Shown in pieces: positions 8,353 through 18,617 of a stretch of 32,032 nt of DNA (positions are counted from its first letter, which is position 1; every line of letters starts with the position of its first letter). The translations under genes and the position numbers were made by a program. This DNA is from a candidate division WOR-3 bacterium (GTDB lineage Bacteria > Hydrothermota > Tepidihabitantia > Tepidihabitantales > Tepidihabitantaceae): NCBI GenBank assembly GCA_039801285.1, contig JBDRUJ010000004.1, positions 1-32,032 of the forward strand. The letters are read 5' to 3'. The notes under the pieces were generated by a model. The model had not been told where the DNA came from. It searched no databases and saw nothing but the letters and a program-made list of their open reading frames with translations.

Positions 8353-9731
8353 AGAGGGTTGTGATTATTATATTGGCGGCCGCAGTGATGGCGGCGGGCC
8401 AAAGCTTCTGGACACCCCGGAAGCTCATCGGCAGTTATCCGAACTGGGACTACTGGTGGCTGAATGTCCGACTGGGAATTGACCAGTTGGATACTCTCTA
8501 TTGCGCGGTTGCCCGCTACAACTACTCGAGCAGCGACCCGGAGTTCGACCTCTATCTGCTCAACACCGATGGTGACACAGTCAGGGTGACCAGACCATGG
8601 CACGGTTACGAGTACCAGCCGATTGTCCGGGATGGGCTGGGCCGGAATCTTTATATCGGCCAGCCGGTCTTGGGCATGTTCCTGGGCAACTGCTATCACA
8701 TGGATGCGGGCGTGACCGATGATTCGAACTGCGTCATGACCACCAACTCCCAGGGAAACGACACAATCTACTTCACCCGACTCGGGCCAGAGGGTCAGCG
8801 GCTGGTCTGGCGCCAGGTCATCTACAATGGTGACCCGTGGGTCGGGCGGACCAGTCTGGCAATTGACCCGCGCGGCTGGCTCCACATGACGACCGAGGAC
8901 GGGATGTCCAGGGCACTTTACGGCCTTTCCACCGATAAAGGGATGAGCTGGACCTGGGATACGCTTTCCGACATCTCGGTCACATCTCATGTCCGGGTGG
9001 TCACGACGCCTGACACCTGCGTCCATATTCTCTTCCGCACCTGGACCAGCGGTGTCCAGCTCCGCTACATGAAGCTCAGGCCGGACGGCACGCTGGCGGT
9101 CGGCCCGTCGGTTTTTGCCCAGGGTCCGGAGTGCTGGGACCCGAATGTGGCGGTTGACACCAGCGGCAACCTGCGGGTGGTTTATATTGACGGTGCGACC
9201 AATGCCCACAACCTCTATTACACCGTGCTGAGGGGCAATCTTGACCGTGGTGGTCAGCCGGTGCCCGACTCGGAATTGACGCTGGTGCCCGATACAATTA
9301 TTCAATATGACCCGGTCCGCCTGGCTGGGCCGAAGGTCTGCGTTGACGCGCGCAACCGGGCGCAGGTGGTCTTTGAGCAGGGTATTTACGGCTCAGGCGG
9401 CGACAAATTCGTCTATCACATCCGCGAGGATGCCGGCCCGGGGGTTGAAGAGGCGACAGGCGCCAAGAGGGGAAGACCGCTGCTTGGGGTTGCACCAAAC
9501 CCTTTGGCCCGGGATGGCGTTGTCCGATTCGTAGTGGACCGAACCGGCCCGGTGCGACTGGAGCTTTACGACGGAATCGGCCGGAGGGTTCGACTGCTGG
9601 CTGATGAAGTGATGGCCCGAGGCGGACATTCGGTTCGGCTGGAACGGCAGGGTCTGGCCCCGGGCACATACCTTCTCAGGCTGACGGCGGGTGACCAGCG
9701 GCCGACGATAAAGATGGTCGTGGCGGAGTAG
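8349..9731 (+). CDS. Secreted beta-propeller protein with FlgD-Ig/T9SS-like C-terminal domain
   Basis: ATG at 8349 overlaps the upstream stop (ATGA) and follows GGAGG. Signal peptide MKRVVIIILAAAVMAAG; repeats AIDPRGWLH and AVDTSGNLR; tail APNP...YDGIGRRV...LAPGTY...KMVVAE. Confidence 0.8.
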   Translation: MKRVVIIILAAAVMAAGQSFWTPRKLIGSYPNWDYWWLNVRLGIDQLDTLYCAVARYNYSSSDPEFDLYLLNTDGDTVRVTRPWHGYEYQPIVRDGLGRNLYIGQPVLGMFLGNCYHMDAGVTDDSNCVMTTNSQGNDTIYFTRLGPEGQRLVWRQVIYNGDPWVGRTSLAIDPRGWLHMTTEDGMSRALYGLSTDKGMSWTWDTLSDISVTSHVRVVTTPDTCVHILFRTWTSGVQLRYMKLRPDGTLAVGPSVFAQGPECWDPNVAVDTSGNLRVVYIDGATNAHNLYYTVLRGNLDRGGQPVPDSELTLVPDTIIQYDPVRLAGPKVCVDARNRAQVVFEQGIYGSGGDKFVYHIREDAGPGVEEATGAKRGRPLLGVAPNPLARDGVVRFVVDRTGPVRLELYDGIGRRVRLLADEVMARGGHSVRLERQGLAPGTYLLRLTAGDQRPTIKMVVAE

Positions 9732-9742
9732 TCTCTGCTTGC

Positions 9743-9770
9743 TTGACTCAAAAGGCCGGGGCTTTATACT
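9743..9770 (+). promoter_or_regulatory. recA promoter
   Basis: TTGACT-16 nt-TATACT. Confidence 0.65.
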
Positions 9771-9910
9771 GACTTATGCTGAGCGTTGGGTCATGATTGA
9801 CCCAGAATGTCAACACCAGGTGGCACCGGCAAGGCGATTTATCGGGCTGGTGCCCCGTGCGGCGCGAACCGAAAGACCGAAGATTCGCCGGCAATAGCAG
9901 AGGAGGCAAC

Positions 9911-10960
9911 ATGCTCAAGGAGGAGAAAGGTAAGGCGCTGGCCAATGCCCTGGGCCAGATTGAGAAGCAGTTCGGCAAGGGCACGGTGATGCGGCTGGGC
10001 GAGGAGGGCGCGGTTGTTCAGGTTGAGGCGATTCCCACCGGCTCCATCGGCCTGGATGCCATCCTGGGCATCGGCGGTGTGCCGCGGGGCCGGTTTGTGG
10101 AAATCTTCGGGCCGGAGGCTTCGGGCAAGACCACCCTTGCCCTACAAATCATCGCCCAGTGCCAGCGGCTTGGCGGCATCGCGGCTTTCATAGATGCCGA
10201 GCATGCCCTTGACCCGAAGTACGCCGAGGCCCTGGGCGTGAACCTGAAGGAGCTATTGGTCTCCCAGCCCGATTCGGGCGAGCAGGCACTGGAGATTGCC
10301 GAGGTCCTGACCCGGTCGGGCGGCCTTGACCTGTTTGTGGTTGACTCGGTTGCGGCACTGGTGCCCAAGGCAGAGATTGAGGGCGAGATGGGCGATGCCT
10401 TTGTCGGTGTCCAGGCCCGGCTGATGTCCCAGGCACTGCGCAAGCTGGCCGGTGTCACATCAAAGTCCAAGACCTGCGCCATATTCACAAACCAGATAAG
10501 GCAGAAGATTGGGGTGATGTTCGGCAATCCCGAGACAACGGCCGGTGGCCTGGCCCTCAAGTTCTACGCCACGCAGCGGCTTGACATAAGAAGGGTCTCC
10601 TCCCTGAAGAAGGGTGAGGCGGTGATTGGCAGCCGCACCCGGGTCAGGGTGGTGAAGAACAAGCTCGCACCGCCCTTCCGCGAGGTTGAGTTCGACATCA
10701 TCTACGGCCAGGGAATCTCGCGCGAGGGCGAGCTGGTTGACCTGGGGGTTGAGCACGGGGTCTTCACCAAGTCCGGTGCCTGGATTCAGTTCGGCGAGAC
10801 GAAGCTGGGTCAGGGCCGGGATGCGGCGATAGAGTTCCTGAAGGCGAACCGCCAGGTTGCGGCACGGGCCGAGGCGCAGCTCTATGCGAAGCTGAATATC
10901 CCGCGGCCCAGGCCCAAGGATGAGGATAACCGGGCTCCGGCCCCAAAAAAGAAATCCTAG
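9911..10960 (+). CDS. recA: Recombinase RecA
   Basis: GPEASGKTT Walker [18 protein letters not shown]; start set at ATG 9911 after AGGAGG. Confidence 0.99.
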   Translation: MLKEEKGKALANALGQIEKQFGKGTVMRLGEEGAVVQVEAIPTGSIGLDAILGIGGVPRGRFVEIFGPEASGKTTLALQIIAQCQRLGGIAAFIDAEHALDPKYAEALGVNLKELLVSQPDSGEQALEIAEVLTRSGGLDLFVVDSVAALVPKAEIEGEMGDAFVGVQARLMSQALRKLAGVTSKSKTCAIFTNQIRQKIGVMFGNPETTAGGLALKFYATQRLDIRRVSSLKKGEAVIGSRTRVRVVKNKLAPPFREVEFDIIYGQGISREGELVDLGVEHGVFTKSGAWIQFGETKLGQGRDAAIEFLKANRQVAARAEAQLYAKLNIPRPRPKDEDNRAPAPKKKS

Positions 10961-11540
10961 GCGCATCTCCGTCTATCTTGACGGAGCCTTTGCCTTCTCA
11001 ATCTCGCAGGAGCTAGCCAGCGAGCTGGGCCTGAAGAAGGGCCTGGCGATTGACCGGCAGCGGCTCGAAGAGCTCATCCAGAAGGAGCGGCTCCGGAAGT
11101 GCCAGGACTATGCGCTGCTCCTCTTATCCTATCGGGCAAGGACCAAGGCTGAGCTGGCCGGCCGGCTGGAGCGAAAGGGCTATCCCAAAGAGGTGGTCTC
11201 GGCGGTCGTCGGGCGGCTGGAGGAGCTCGGGCTATTGGACGATGCCGCCTTTGCCCGCGCTTTTACAGAAGACCGAATCAATATCGGCCACAAGGGGAAA
11301 TGGCGAGTCAGGGCCGAGCTGATGAAGCGCGGGGTTGACCGGAAGGAGATTGAGGCGGCACTGAAAGAGGCACCGGACGAGACCGAGGCGGCAAGGATGG
11401 TGGTTCAGCACTACCAGTCCCGCTACCGGCGGCTCGACCCGAAGACGAGAAAGCGCCGGCTCTATGGCCTGTTGGCGCGGCGGGGCTTTTCAACCGAGAC
11501 GATACAGACAGTTCTGGGCATTGAGGAGAGTGAAACCTGA
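10920..11540 (+). CDS. recX: Regulatory protein RecX
   Basis: [16 protein letters not shown] and L.RRGFS motifs; overlaps the recA 3' end by 41 nt. Confidence 0.93.
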   Translation: MRITGLRPQKRNPRRISVYLDGAFAFSISQELASELGLKKGLAIDRQRLEELIQKERLRKCQDYALLLLSYRARTKAELAGRLERKGYPKEVVSAVVGRLEELGLLDDAAFARAFTEDRINIGHKGKWRVRAELMKRGVDRKEIEAALKEAPDETEAARMVVQHYQSRYRRLDPKTRKRRLYGLLARRGFSTETIQTVLGIEESET

Positions 11541-12068
11541 TGGCGAGCGGAGGGCGGAATTCAGGTCGCGGCTCAGCCCCTTTCTCAAATCCGGGCTGAC
11601 CTGACAACCGAGTTTCCAAATCACAAACCGACTTGGCCCGGCGGTTGCTTCTTGTGTGACGACTCGACTCAAGTCCGATATTTATGGCGACTTATATTGC
11701 CAACTCAGAAATGGTTTCAAATCGGCGTTCTAACTATTTGTGATTTCTGCGCTTAGCCGCGAGGTGAGATTTGGGTTCGGCTGAGAGCTGAGGGCGGGGT
11801 TCAGTACGGGAGTGACTCCCCCCGTCTCTATTCTGGTAACCTGCCATATCGGTTCCCTAGCTCCAAGATATTATGTTACAAGAGGTTGCGCATAAGTTAC
11901 CGATAAAAAGGGATTATAGGGCGCCAGTGAACTGAAGGGTCTGGGCTTTGGACCGAAAACACTGGAGATAGTCTGTTGGAGGAGAAGTCAGACCGGCGTC
12001 AAGATGTGCGATGCCGGTAATTCACTGGTGGAGAGATGGGTCGTTTACCCCGGAAGCGGCTGATTGGA

Positions 12069-12096
12069 TTGACCAAAAGGAAAAGCGGGCTATAAT
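12069..12096 (+). promoter_or_regulatory. glmM-glmS promoter
   Basis: TTGACC-16 nt-TATAAT, 9 nt before the ATG at 12106. Confidence 0.7.
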
Positions 12097-12105
12097 CAGG
12101 GAGCA

Positions 12106-13491
12106 ATGGAGTTGCCAATCTTTGGCATTTCCGGATTGCGCGGGATTGTGGGCAAAGACCTTTCACCGGAAAGGGTGGCGGCAGTTGCTGCCCTTTTCGG
12201 AGAGTTCCTGGGCCCAGGTGCGGTTGCTCTCGGTCAGGACAGCCGACCAACAAGCCCGATGCTGGCAGGGGCGGCCATTGCCGGCCTGAAAGAGGCGGGC
12301 AGGGAGGTCGTTGAGCTAGGTGTCTGCCCGACACCAACGGTCCTGCACTATGTCCGGAGGCATGGCCTGGCCGGCGGACTGGTCATCACCGCAAGCCACA
12401 ATCCAGCCGAATGGAACGGAGTGAAGTTTGTGAGTAGCAGGGGCGCTTTCCTTTTTGGTTCGGAGTTCCAGCGGTTCAAGCGGCTGGTTGAGGCGGCGGT
12501 GCCAAGCCGCTTTCCGCCTTCCGCCTTCCGCTTTCCGCCTTCCGCCTTCCGCTTTCCGCATTCGGGAGCGATTGCCGAGCATGTCGGTGCAATCGTCCAG
12601 AATGAGCTTTTCCAATGCGTCAGGGAGCGGCTGGCCGGCCAGGGTCTGCGGGTTGGAATTGATGCTGTGAACGGGGCGGCATCAGTTGCGGCAATTGAAC
12701 TGATTCGGGCGTTTGGTGTCGAGCCGGTGCCTTTGTTCTGCGAGCCGGGAAAGGCAGAGCTCGGATTTCCCCGGGGGCCGGAGCCAATCCCAGACAACCT
12801 TGCCGAGCTGTGCCGGCTGGTCCGGAATGATGGGCTGGCTGCCGGGTTTGCCTTTGACCCGGATGGCGACCGGTTCAGCTGTGTTGATGAGACCGGGACT
12901 CCACTGGGTGAGGAGGCGACGGTCTGTCTGGCGTGCCGCCATGTCCTGGCCCGAAGAAGGGGGCCGGTGGTTGTGAATCTGTCAACGAGCCGGGCAGTTG
13001 ATGATATCTGTCAGGAGTTCGGCGTCAAGGTGGAACGGACCGCGGTGGGTGAGGCGCGGGTTGTGGAAAGGATGCTGGAGCTGGGAGCGGTGGTTGGCGG
13101 TGAGGGAAATGGCGGCGCGATTGTGCCGAGCATCAACCTGGGCCGCGACGGTCTTGTTGCGGCGGCGGTTATCCTTGCTAAAATTAGTGAAATGCCCCTC
13201 TCTCAGGCACGACTCAGCCTGCCGGTTTATCACATGGTCAAGAGCCGGGTGGAGCTCAACCGGGAGGAGTTTAGCCCGAGGGTTGAGCGGCTGGTCAAAA
13301 CCTTCACCGGAGCACAGTTTGACCGCACCGATGGCCTGAGGATTGACGGAAATGATTTCTGGATTCATATTAGGCCATCCAACACCGAGCCGATTGTCCG
13401 CATCATCGTTGAGGCGAAGACCCGGGCTCAGGCCGAGGGGCTGGCGCAGGAGGTTCGCGGTGCGCTTGAGGCGGATGGCGGAAAGCGGTAG
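12106..13491 (+). CDS. glmM: Phosphoglucosamine mutase (alpha-D-phosphohexomutase)
   Basis: TASHNP, DPDGDR, GGEGNGG and RPSNTEP motifs; adjacent to glmS. Confidence 0.88.
   Translation: MELPIFGISGLRGIVGKDLSPERVAAVAALFGEFLGPGAVALGQDSRPTSPMLAGAAIAGLKEAGREVVELGVCPTPTVLHYVRRHGLAGGLVITASHNPAEWNGVKFVSSRGAFLFGSEFQRFKRLVEAAVPSRFPPSAFRFPPSAFRFPHSGAIAEHVGAIVQNELFQCVRERLAGQGLRVGIDAVNGAASVAAIELIRAFGVEPVPLFCEPGKAELGFPRGPEPIPDNLAELCRLVRNDGLAAGFAFDPDGDRFSCVDETGTPLGEEATVCLACRHVLARRRGPVVVNLSTSRAVDDICQEFGVKVERTAVGEARVVERMLELGAVVGGEGNGGAIVPSINLGRDGLVAAAVILAKISEMPLSQARLSLPVYHMVKSRVELNREEFSPRVERLVKTFTGAQFDRTDGLRIDGNDFWIHIRPSNTEPIVRIIVEAKTRAQAEGLAQEVRGALEADGGKR
12507..12562 (+). repeat. Eight-copy CCGCYTT heptamer array inside glmM
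   Basis: ccgcttt ccgcctt ccgcctt ccgcttt ccgcctt ccgcctt ccgcttt ccgcatt, with a 21-nt super-period; encodes RFPPSAFRFPPSAFRFPH. Confidence 0.95.
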
Positions 13492-13505
13492 GCGGTAAGC
13501 GGAAG
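13471..13505 (+). repeat. Five-copy GCGGWWR heptamer array spanning the glmM stop up to the glmS start
   Basis: gcggatg gcggaaa gcggtag gcggtaa gcggaag, then ATG at 13506. Confidence 0.85.
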
Positions 13506-15329
<1,824 letters not shown>

Positions 15330-15338
15330 CCGGACGAT

Positions 15339-15941
15339 TTGACCTTCAGCCAAATCTCAATGATTGCCGGCTGCGATGTTGCCTATGATGAACAGTTCGC
15401 CTATGCCGCCTGGGTGGTTCTTTCATTCCCGGAGCTGACAGAGGTTGATATTGCCCATGCCCGCACGCCCATCAGCGCCGAATACCGGCCCGGGTTCTTT
15501 GCCGAGCGGGAGCTGCCGCCGCTCCTAGCCGCATTTGCCGAACTCAGGACAGTGCCCGATGTGGTGCTCTGTGAGGGTGCGGGTATCGCCCATCCCAGAA
15601 GGTTCGGCCTCGCCTGTGCCCTTGGTCAGACGGTTGACCTGCCGACGATTGGCTGTGCCAAGAGCCGGCTTACCGGTGTTGCGCTCGAACCCGGGCCCTT
15701 CCGCGGCGACTGGGCTCCATTGCTGATTGAGGGCGAAAGGGTCGGCACAGTCTTGAGAACCCGCAGCCATGTCCGACCGCTCTATGTCTCGCCCGGTTAC
15801 AAGATAACGCTTATTGACTCCTGGCGGATTGTCCTGGCCGCCTGTCGCAACTACCGCCTCCCCGAACCGTTGCGCCTTGCCCACTCCGAATCGCGCCGTC
15901 TGCGGTTGACTTCGGGGTTGCCCGGAAGGCTTGAGCGGTGA
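15339..15941 (+). CDS. nfi: Endonuclease V
   Basis: AGCDVAY, YRPGFFAERE, GIAHPRRFGLA, IGCAKS, PLYVSPG and RLPEP motifs. Start uncertain (TTG 15339 or ATG 15360). Confidence 0.9.
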   Translation: MTFSQISMIAGCDVAYDEQFAYAAWVVLSFPELTEVDIAHARTPISAEYRPGFFAERELPPLLAAFAELRTVPDVVLCEGAGIAHPRRFGLACALGQTVDLPTIGCAKSRLTGVALEPGPFRGDWAPLLIEGERVGTVLRTRSHVRPLYVSPGYKITLIDSWRIVLAACRNYRLPEPLRLAHSESRRLRLTSGLPGRLER

Positions 15942-15951
15942 GGAGTGTGAC

Positions 15952-17733
15952 TTACATCCTCTCGGCCACCTCAATGCCGAGAAGACCAAGACCCAGTCGG
16001 AGCACCGTTCCGACCATCTCAACCAGATAGAGCCGGGCCGAGCGGAGCTGGGGTGTTTCGGCCCGGAGGACCGGGACCCGGTCGTAGAAGAGGGAGAAGT
16101 CCTGAGCCAGCCTGTAGAGCCGGTTGGCGATGCGGTGGGGCTCGTAGCTCTCGGCGGCAGCGACTATTGAGTCGGGAAAGGCGGCGATATGTTTGAGGAG
16201 GGGAAGTTCTTCCGAAGTGAGTTGGGGCCAGGCGGTCGGTGGGGCGGGGGGCTGTGTTGTGCCGGCCTTGCGCAGGATGGCGCGGGTGCGGGTGTAGGCA
16301 TACTGAAGATAGGGGGCGGAGTCGCCGTCGAGAGAAAGCATCCGGTCCCAGTCAAAGACCACCTCCTTGATGCGGCTCTGGGAGAGGTCGGCGTACTTTA
16401 TCGCGCCGATGCCGACCTTGCGACTGATTTCGGCCTTCTCCTCGGCTGAGAGCTCCCGGTCGGTGACCACCGCCGCGGCACGGCTGATGGCCTCATTGAT
16501 GACATCCTCCAGAAGGATGACCCGGCCCTGCCGGGTGGAGATGCGGCCCTGGGGCAGGCGGATAAGACCGAAACTGACGTGGATACAGGGCACATCGTGG
16601 CCCAGAAGCTTCATCGCGGCCGAGAACTGCCGGAAGTAGAACTCCTGCTCCTTGCCGACAACATAGAGAATCCTTTCCGGGTGCCAGGTCTCAATCCGGT
16701 ACTCGGCGGTGGCCAGCTCCCTTGTGGCATAGAGGCTGGTGCCGTCCGACTTCTGCAAAATGAGCGGGACGGCGATGCCCTGCTCATCAAGCGGGATGAG
16801 GACGACGGTTTCGTCGGGCCGGACATCCTCATCACTGCCCCGGGCCGCGGCCAGCGGCTTCTCCCGTCGGGCAACGCCCCTTTCCAGGGCGCGGCGGACA
16901 ACACCCTCCAGCCGGTCGGAGTAGAAACTCTCGCCCAGCGTGACATCAAACCGGACGCCGAGCAGCTCATAGATTCGGTTGAACTCCCGGGTGGAAAGCG
17001 CGACGAACTGCTCCCAGCGGCTGCGTGCTGCGGGGTCGCCCTGCTCCAGGCGCCGGAACCACTCCCGTGCCCGGGCCTCAAGGCTCATTCCGCCTTCCGC
17101 CTTCCGCGTTCCGCCTTCCGCGTCCGCCTCCTGGTGGAACCGGACATAGAGCTCAAGCAGATGGCTGGTTGGATTCCGGTTGAGCTCCGCTTCGCTGCCC
17201 CAGAGCTCATAGGCGCAGAGCAGCTTCCCGAATTGGGTTCCCCAGTCGCCCAGATGATTGTCGCCAATCACCCGGTAGCCGAGCCAGGAGAAGATGTTGT
17301 GCAGTGCCTGGCCGATGATGGTCGAGCGCAGATGGCCCACCGAGAACGGCTTCGCGATGTTCGGAGACGAGAAGTCAATTACGATGGTGCGGCCCCGGCC
17401 GACCTCGGACCGGCCATAGCCCTCAGGATTCCGGCTGAAATCGCTCACCACCTCCTGGCAGAGTGCCTCGGGCCTGAACCGGAAATTGAGATAGCCGCCC
17501 TCAGCCCGGACTGAGGCAAACATCGTGCCCTCAAGAGAAAGCTGAGAGACAATTGACCGGGCGAGGAGAGCCGGGTCCTGGCTCAGCTCCCTGGCGAGCC
17601 GGAACAGGGGAACGGCGAGGTCGGCCTCATGGCCGGGCGCAGCCTCCCGGATTTCGCTCTCGGCCAGCTCCAGGTTCTGGGAGGTGAGGAGCGAGAGAAT
17701 CTGGCCCCGGGCCCGGGCTAAGGCATAGCTCAT
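15952..17733 (-). CDS. argS: Arginine--tRNA ligase
   Basis: SSPNIAKPFSVGHLRS, GDWGTQFG, KSDG..LY.TR, PYLQYA and C-terminal ERM. Confidence 0.98.
   Translation of the reverse strand: MSYALARARGQILSLLTSQNLELAESEIREAAPGHEADLAVPLFRLARELSQDPALLARSIVSQLSLEGTMFASVRAEGGYLNFRFRPEALCQEVVSDFSRNPEGYGRSEVGRGRTIVIDFSSPNIAKPFSVGHLRSTIIGQALHNIFSWLGYRVIGDNHLGDWGTQFGKLLCAYELWGSEAELNRNPTSHLLELYVRFHQEADAEGGTRKAEGGMSLEARAREWFRRLEQGDPAARSRWEQFVALSTREFNRIYELLGVRFDVTLGESFYSDRLEGVVRRALERGVARREKPLAAARGSDEDVRPDETVVLIPLDEQGIAVPLILQKSDGTSLYATRELATAEYRIETWHPERILYVVGKEQEFYFRQFSAAMKLLGHDVPCIHVSFGLIRLPQGRISTRQGRVILLEDVINEAISRAAAVVTDRELSAEEKAEISRKVGIGAIKYADLSQSRIKEVVFDWDRMLSLDGDSAPYLQYAYTRTRAILRKAGTTQPPAPPTAWPQLTSEELPLLKHIAAFPDSIVAAAESYEPHRIANRLYRLAQDFSLFYDRVPVLRAETPQLRSARLYLVEMVGTVLRLGLGLLGIEVAERM
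17086..17126 (-). repeat. Heptamer array inside argS
   Basis: Plus strand cattccg ccttccg ccttccg cgttccg ccttccg cgtccg; encodes ADAEGGTRKAEGGM. Confidence 0.9.
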
Positions 17734-18218
17734 TTCGGTCGGTCGTGCTGTTCGAGGACCGCATAGACCTCATCGGCGGTCCTGGCCCGGTTCAGGCCGA
17801 TGCGGACCTCCTCACGGCGCAGGAGGGAGCTGAGCCGGGCGAGGACCGAGATGTACTCCCGCTTGTTGTTCTCGGGTGCGGCGATGAGGAATATGATATG
17901 GGAGGGCTTGCCGTCGAGGCTGGCAAAGTCAACTCCGCTGTCGGAGCGGCCAAACGCCAGGGTGATGCTCTTGGCGGCATTGGTCCGGGCATGGGGTATG
18001 GCAACTCCCAGACCGATGCCGGTGCTCTCTAGGTTCTCGCGGCGCAGGATGGCGGCAATGAAGTCGGCTTCGTTGGTGACAACGCCGTCAGCAACCAGGG
18101 GCTTTACCAGCTCCTGGATGACCGCTTCCTTTGTCCGCGCCGCAAGCTCCAGAATGATTGCCGAACGGGGAAGGAGTGCTGCCAGTGAAGGAGTCATGTT
18201 TACATCCATTGACTTCAT
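17730..18218 (-). CDS. PTS IIA component (nitrogen/fructose-type, PtsN-like)
   Basis: RRE..STGIG.GVAIPHAR phospho-His motif and DFASLDGKP. Confidence 0.92.
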   Translation of the reverse strand: MKSMDVNMTPSLAALLPRSAIILELAARTKEAVIQELVKPLVADGVVTNEADFIAAILRRENLESTGIGLGVAIPHARTNAAKSITLAFGRSDSGVDFASLDGKPSHIIFLIAAPENNKREYISVLARLSSLLRREEVRIGLNRARTADEVYAVLEQHDRPK

Positions 18219-18224
18219 GATTTC

Positions 18225-18617
18225 TCAATCCTCCTTGGGTGGTTTGACGAACACGACCGGGCTGGGTGTCCGGCGAATGAGCTCCAGGGCCGGGACCCGG
18301 GAGTCGGTGCTGACAACAATCAGTTCAATCTTATAGCTCCGGCACAGCTCTCCAAGACGCTGCAGCGGGTCGCCGGTCTCCAGCAGAAGTGAGGCCGGAA
18401 CATTCTCGGCAAAGGCGGCGTCCTCCACTTCATAGAGGAGGCGCCAGGCCTTCTCCTCGGCATCGAGGACCGGGCTGCGGGCGTTGAGCAGGGGCCGGGC
18501 CGGAATCACCGATAGGGCGAAAAGTCGGGCCGACAGCCGCCGGCAGAGTCTCACTGCCCAGTCGCCCACATGGCCTGCGCCCGGGGTTTCTTCAACGAGC
18601 AGCAGAATTCGTTCCAT
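18225..18617 (-). CDS. Universal stress protein family
   Basis: MERILLLVE start, GDP...IELIVV and terminal PSPVVFVK are typical of the USP fold. Confidence 0.8.
   Translation of the reverse strand: MERILLLVEETPGAGHVGDWAVRLCRRLSARLFALSVIPARPLLNARSPVLDAEEKAWRLLYEVEDAAFAENVPASLLLETGDPLQRLGELCRSYKIELIVVSTDSRVPALELIRRTPSPVVFVKPPKED

Noticed and set aside
7887-9305. 472-aa minus-strand ORF
   Set aside because: It is the antisense shadow of two well-supported plus-strand genes and has no recognisable motifs.
9797-9910. 38-aa N-terminal extension of RecA in the ORF track
   Set aside because: It uses a TTG start with no RBS; ATG 9911 has AGGAGG and matches the RecA N-terminus.
12026-12051. tRNA/tmRNA-like 3' end on the minus strand (GGG-TAAACGA-CCCATCTCTCCACCA)
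   Set aside because: The loop lacks TTC, the acceptor length is wrong, and no matching 5' half is correctly placed.
11913-12060. glmS ribozyme upstream of glmM-glmS (GGCGCCAGTGAACT resembles AGCGCC..GAACT)
   Set aside because: The conserved GACGAGG core is missing, the cleavage-site A is absent, and the best promoter lies downstream of this sequence.
11541-12068. oriC
   Set aside because: I found no TTATCCACA-like DnaA box cluster and no clear unwinding element by eye.
12507-12562. Heptamer arrays as CRISPR or simple phase-variation switches
   Set aside because: There are no spacers or cas genes. A one-unit change would frameshift essential genes, and the arrays are degenerate.
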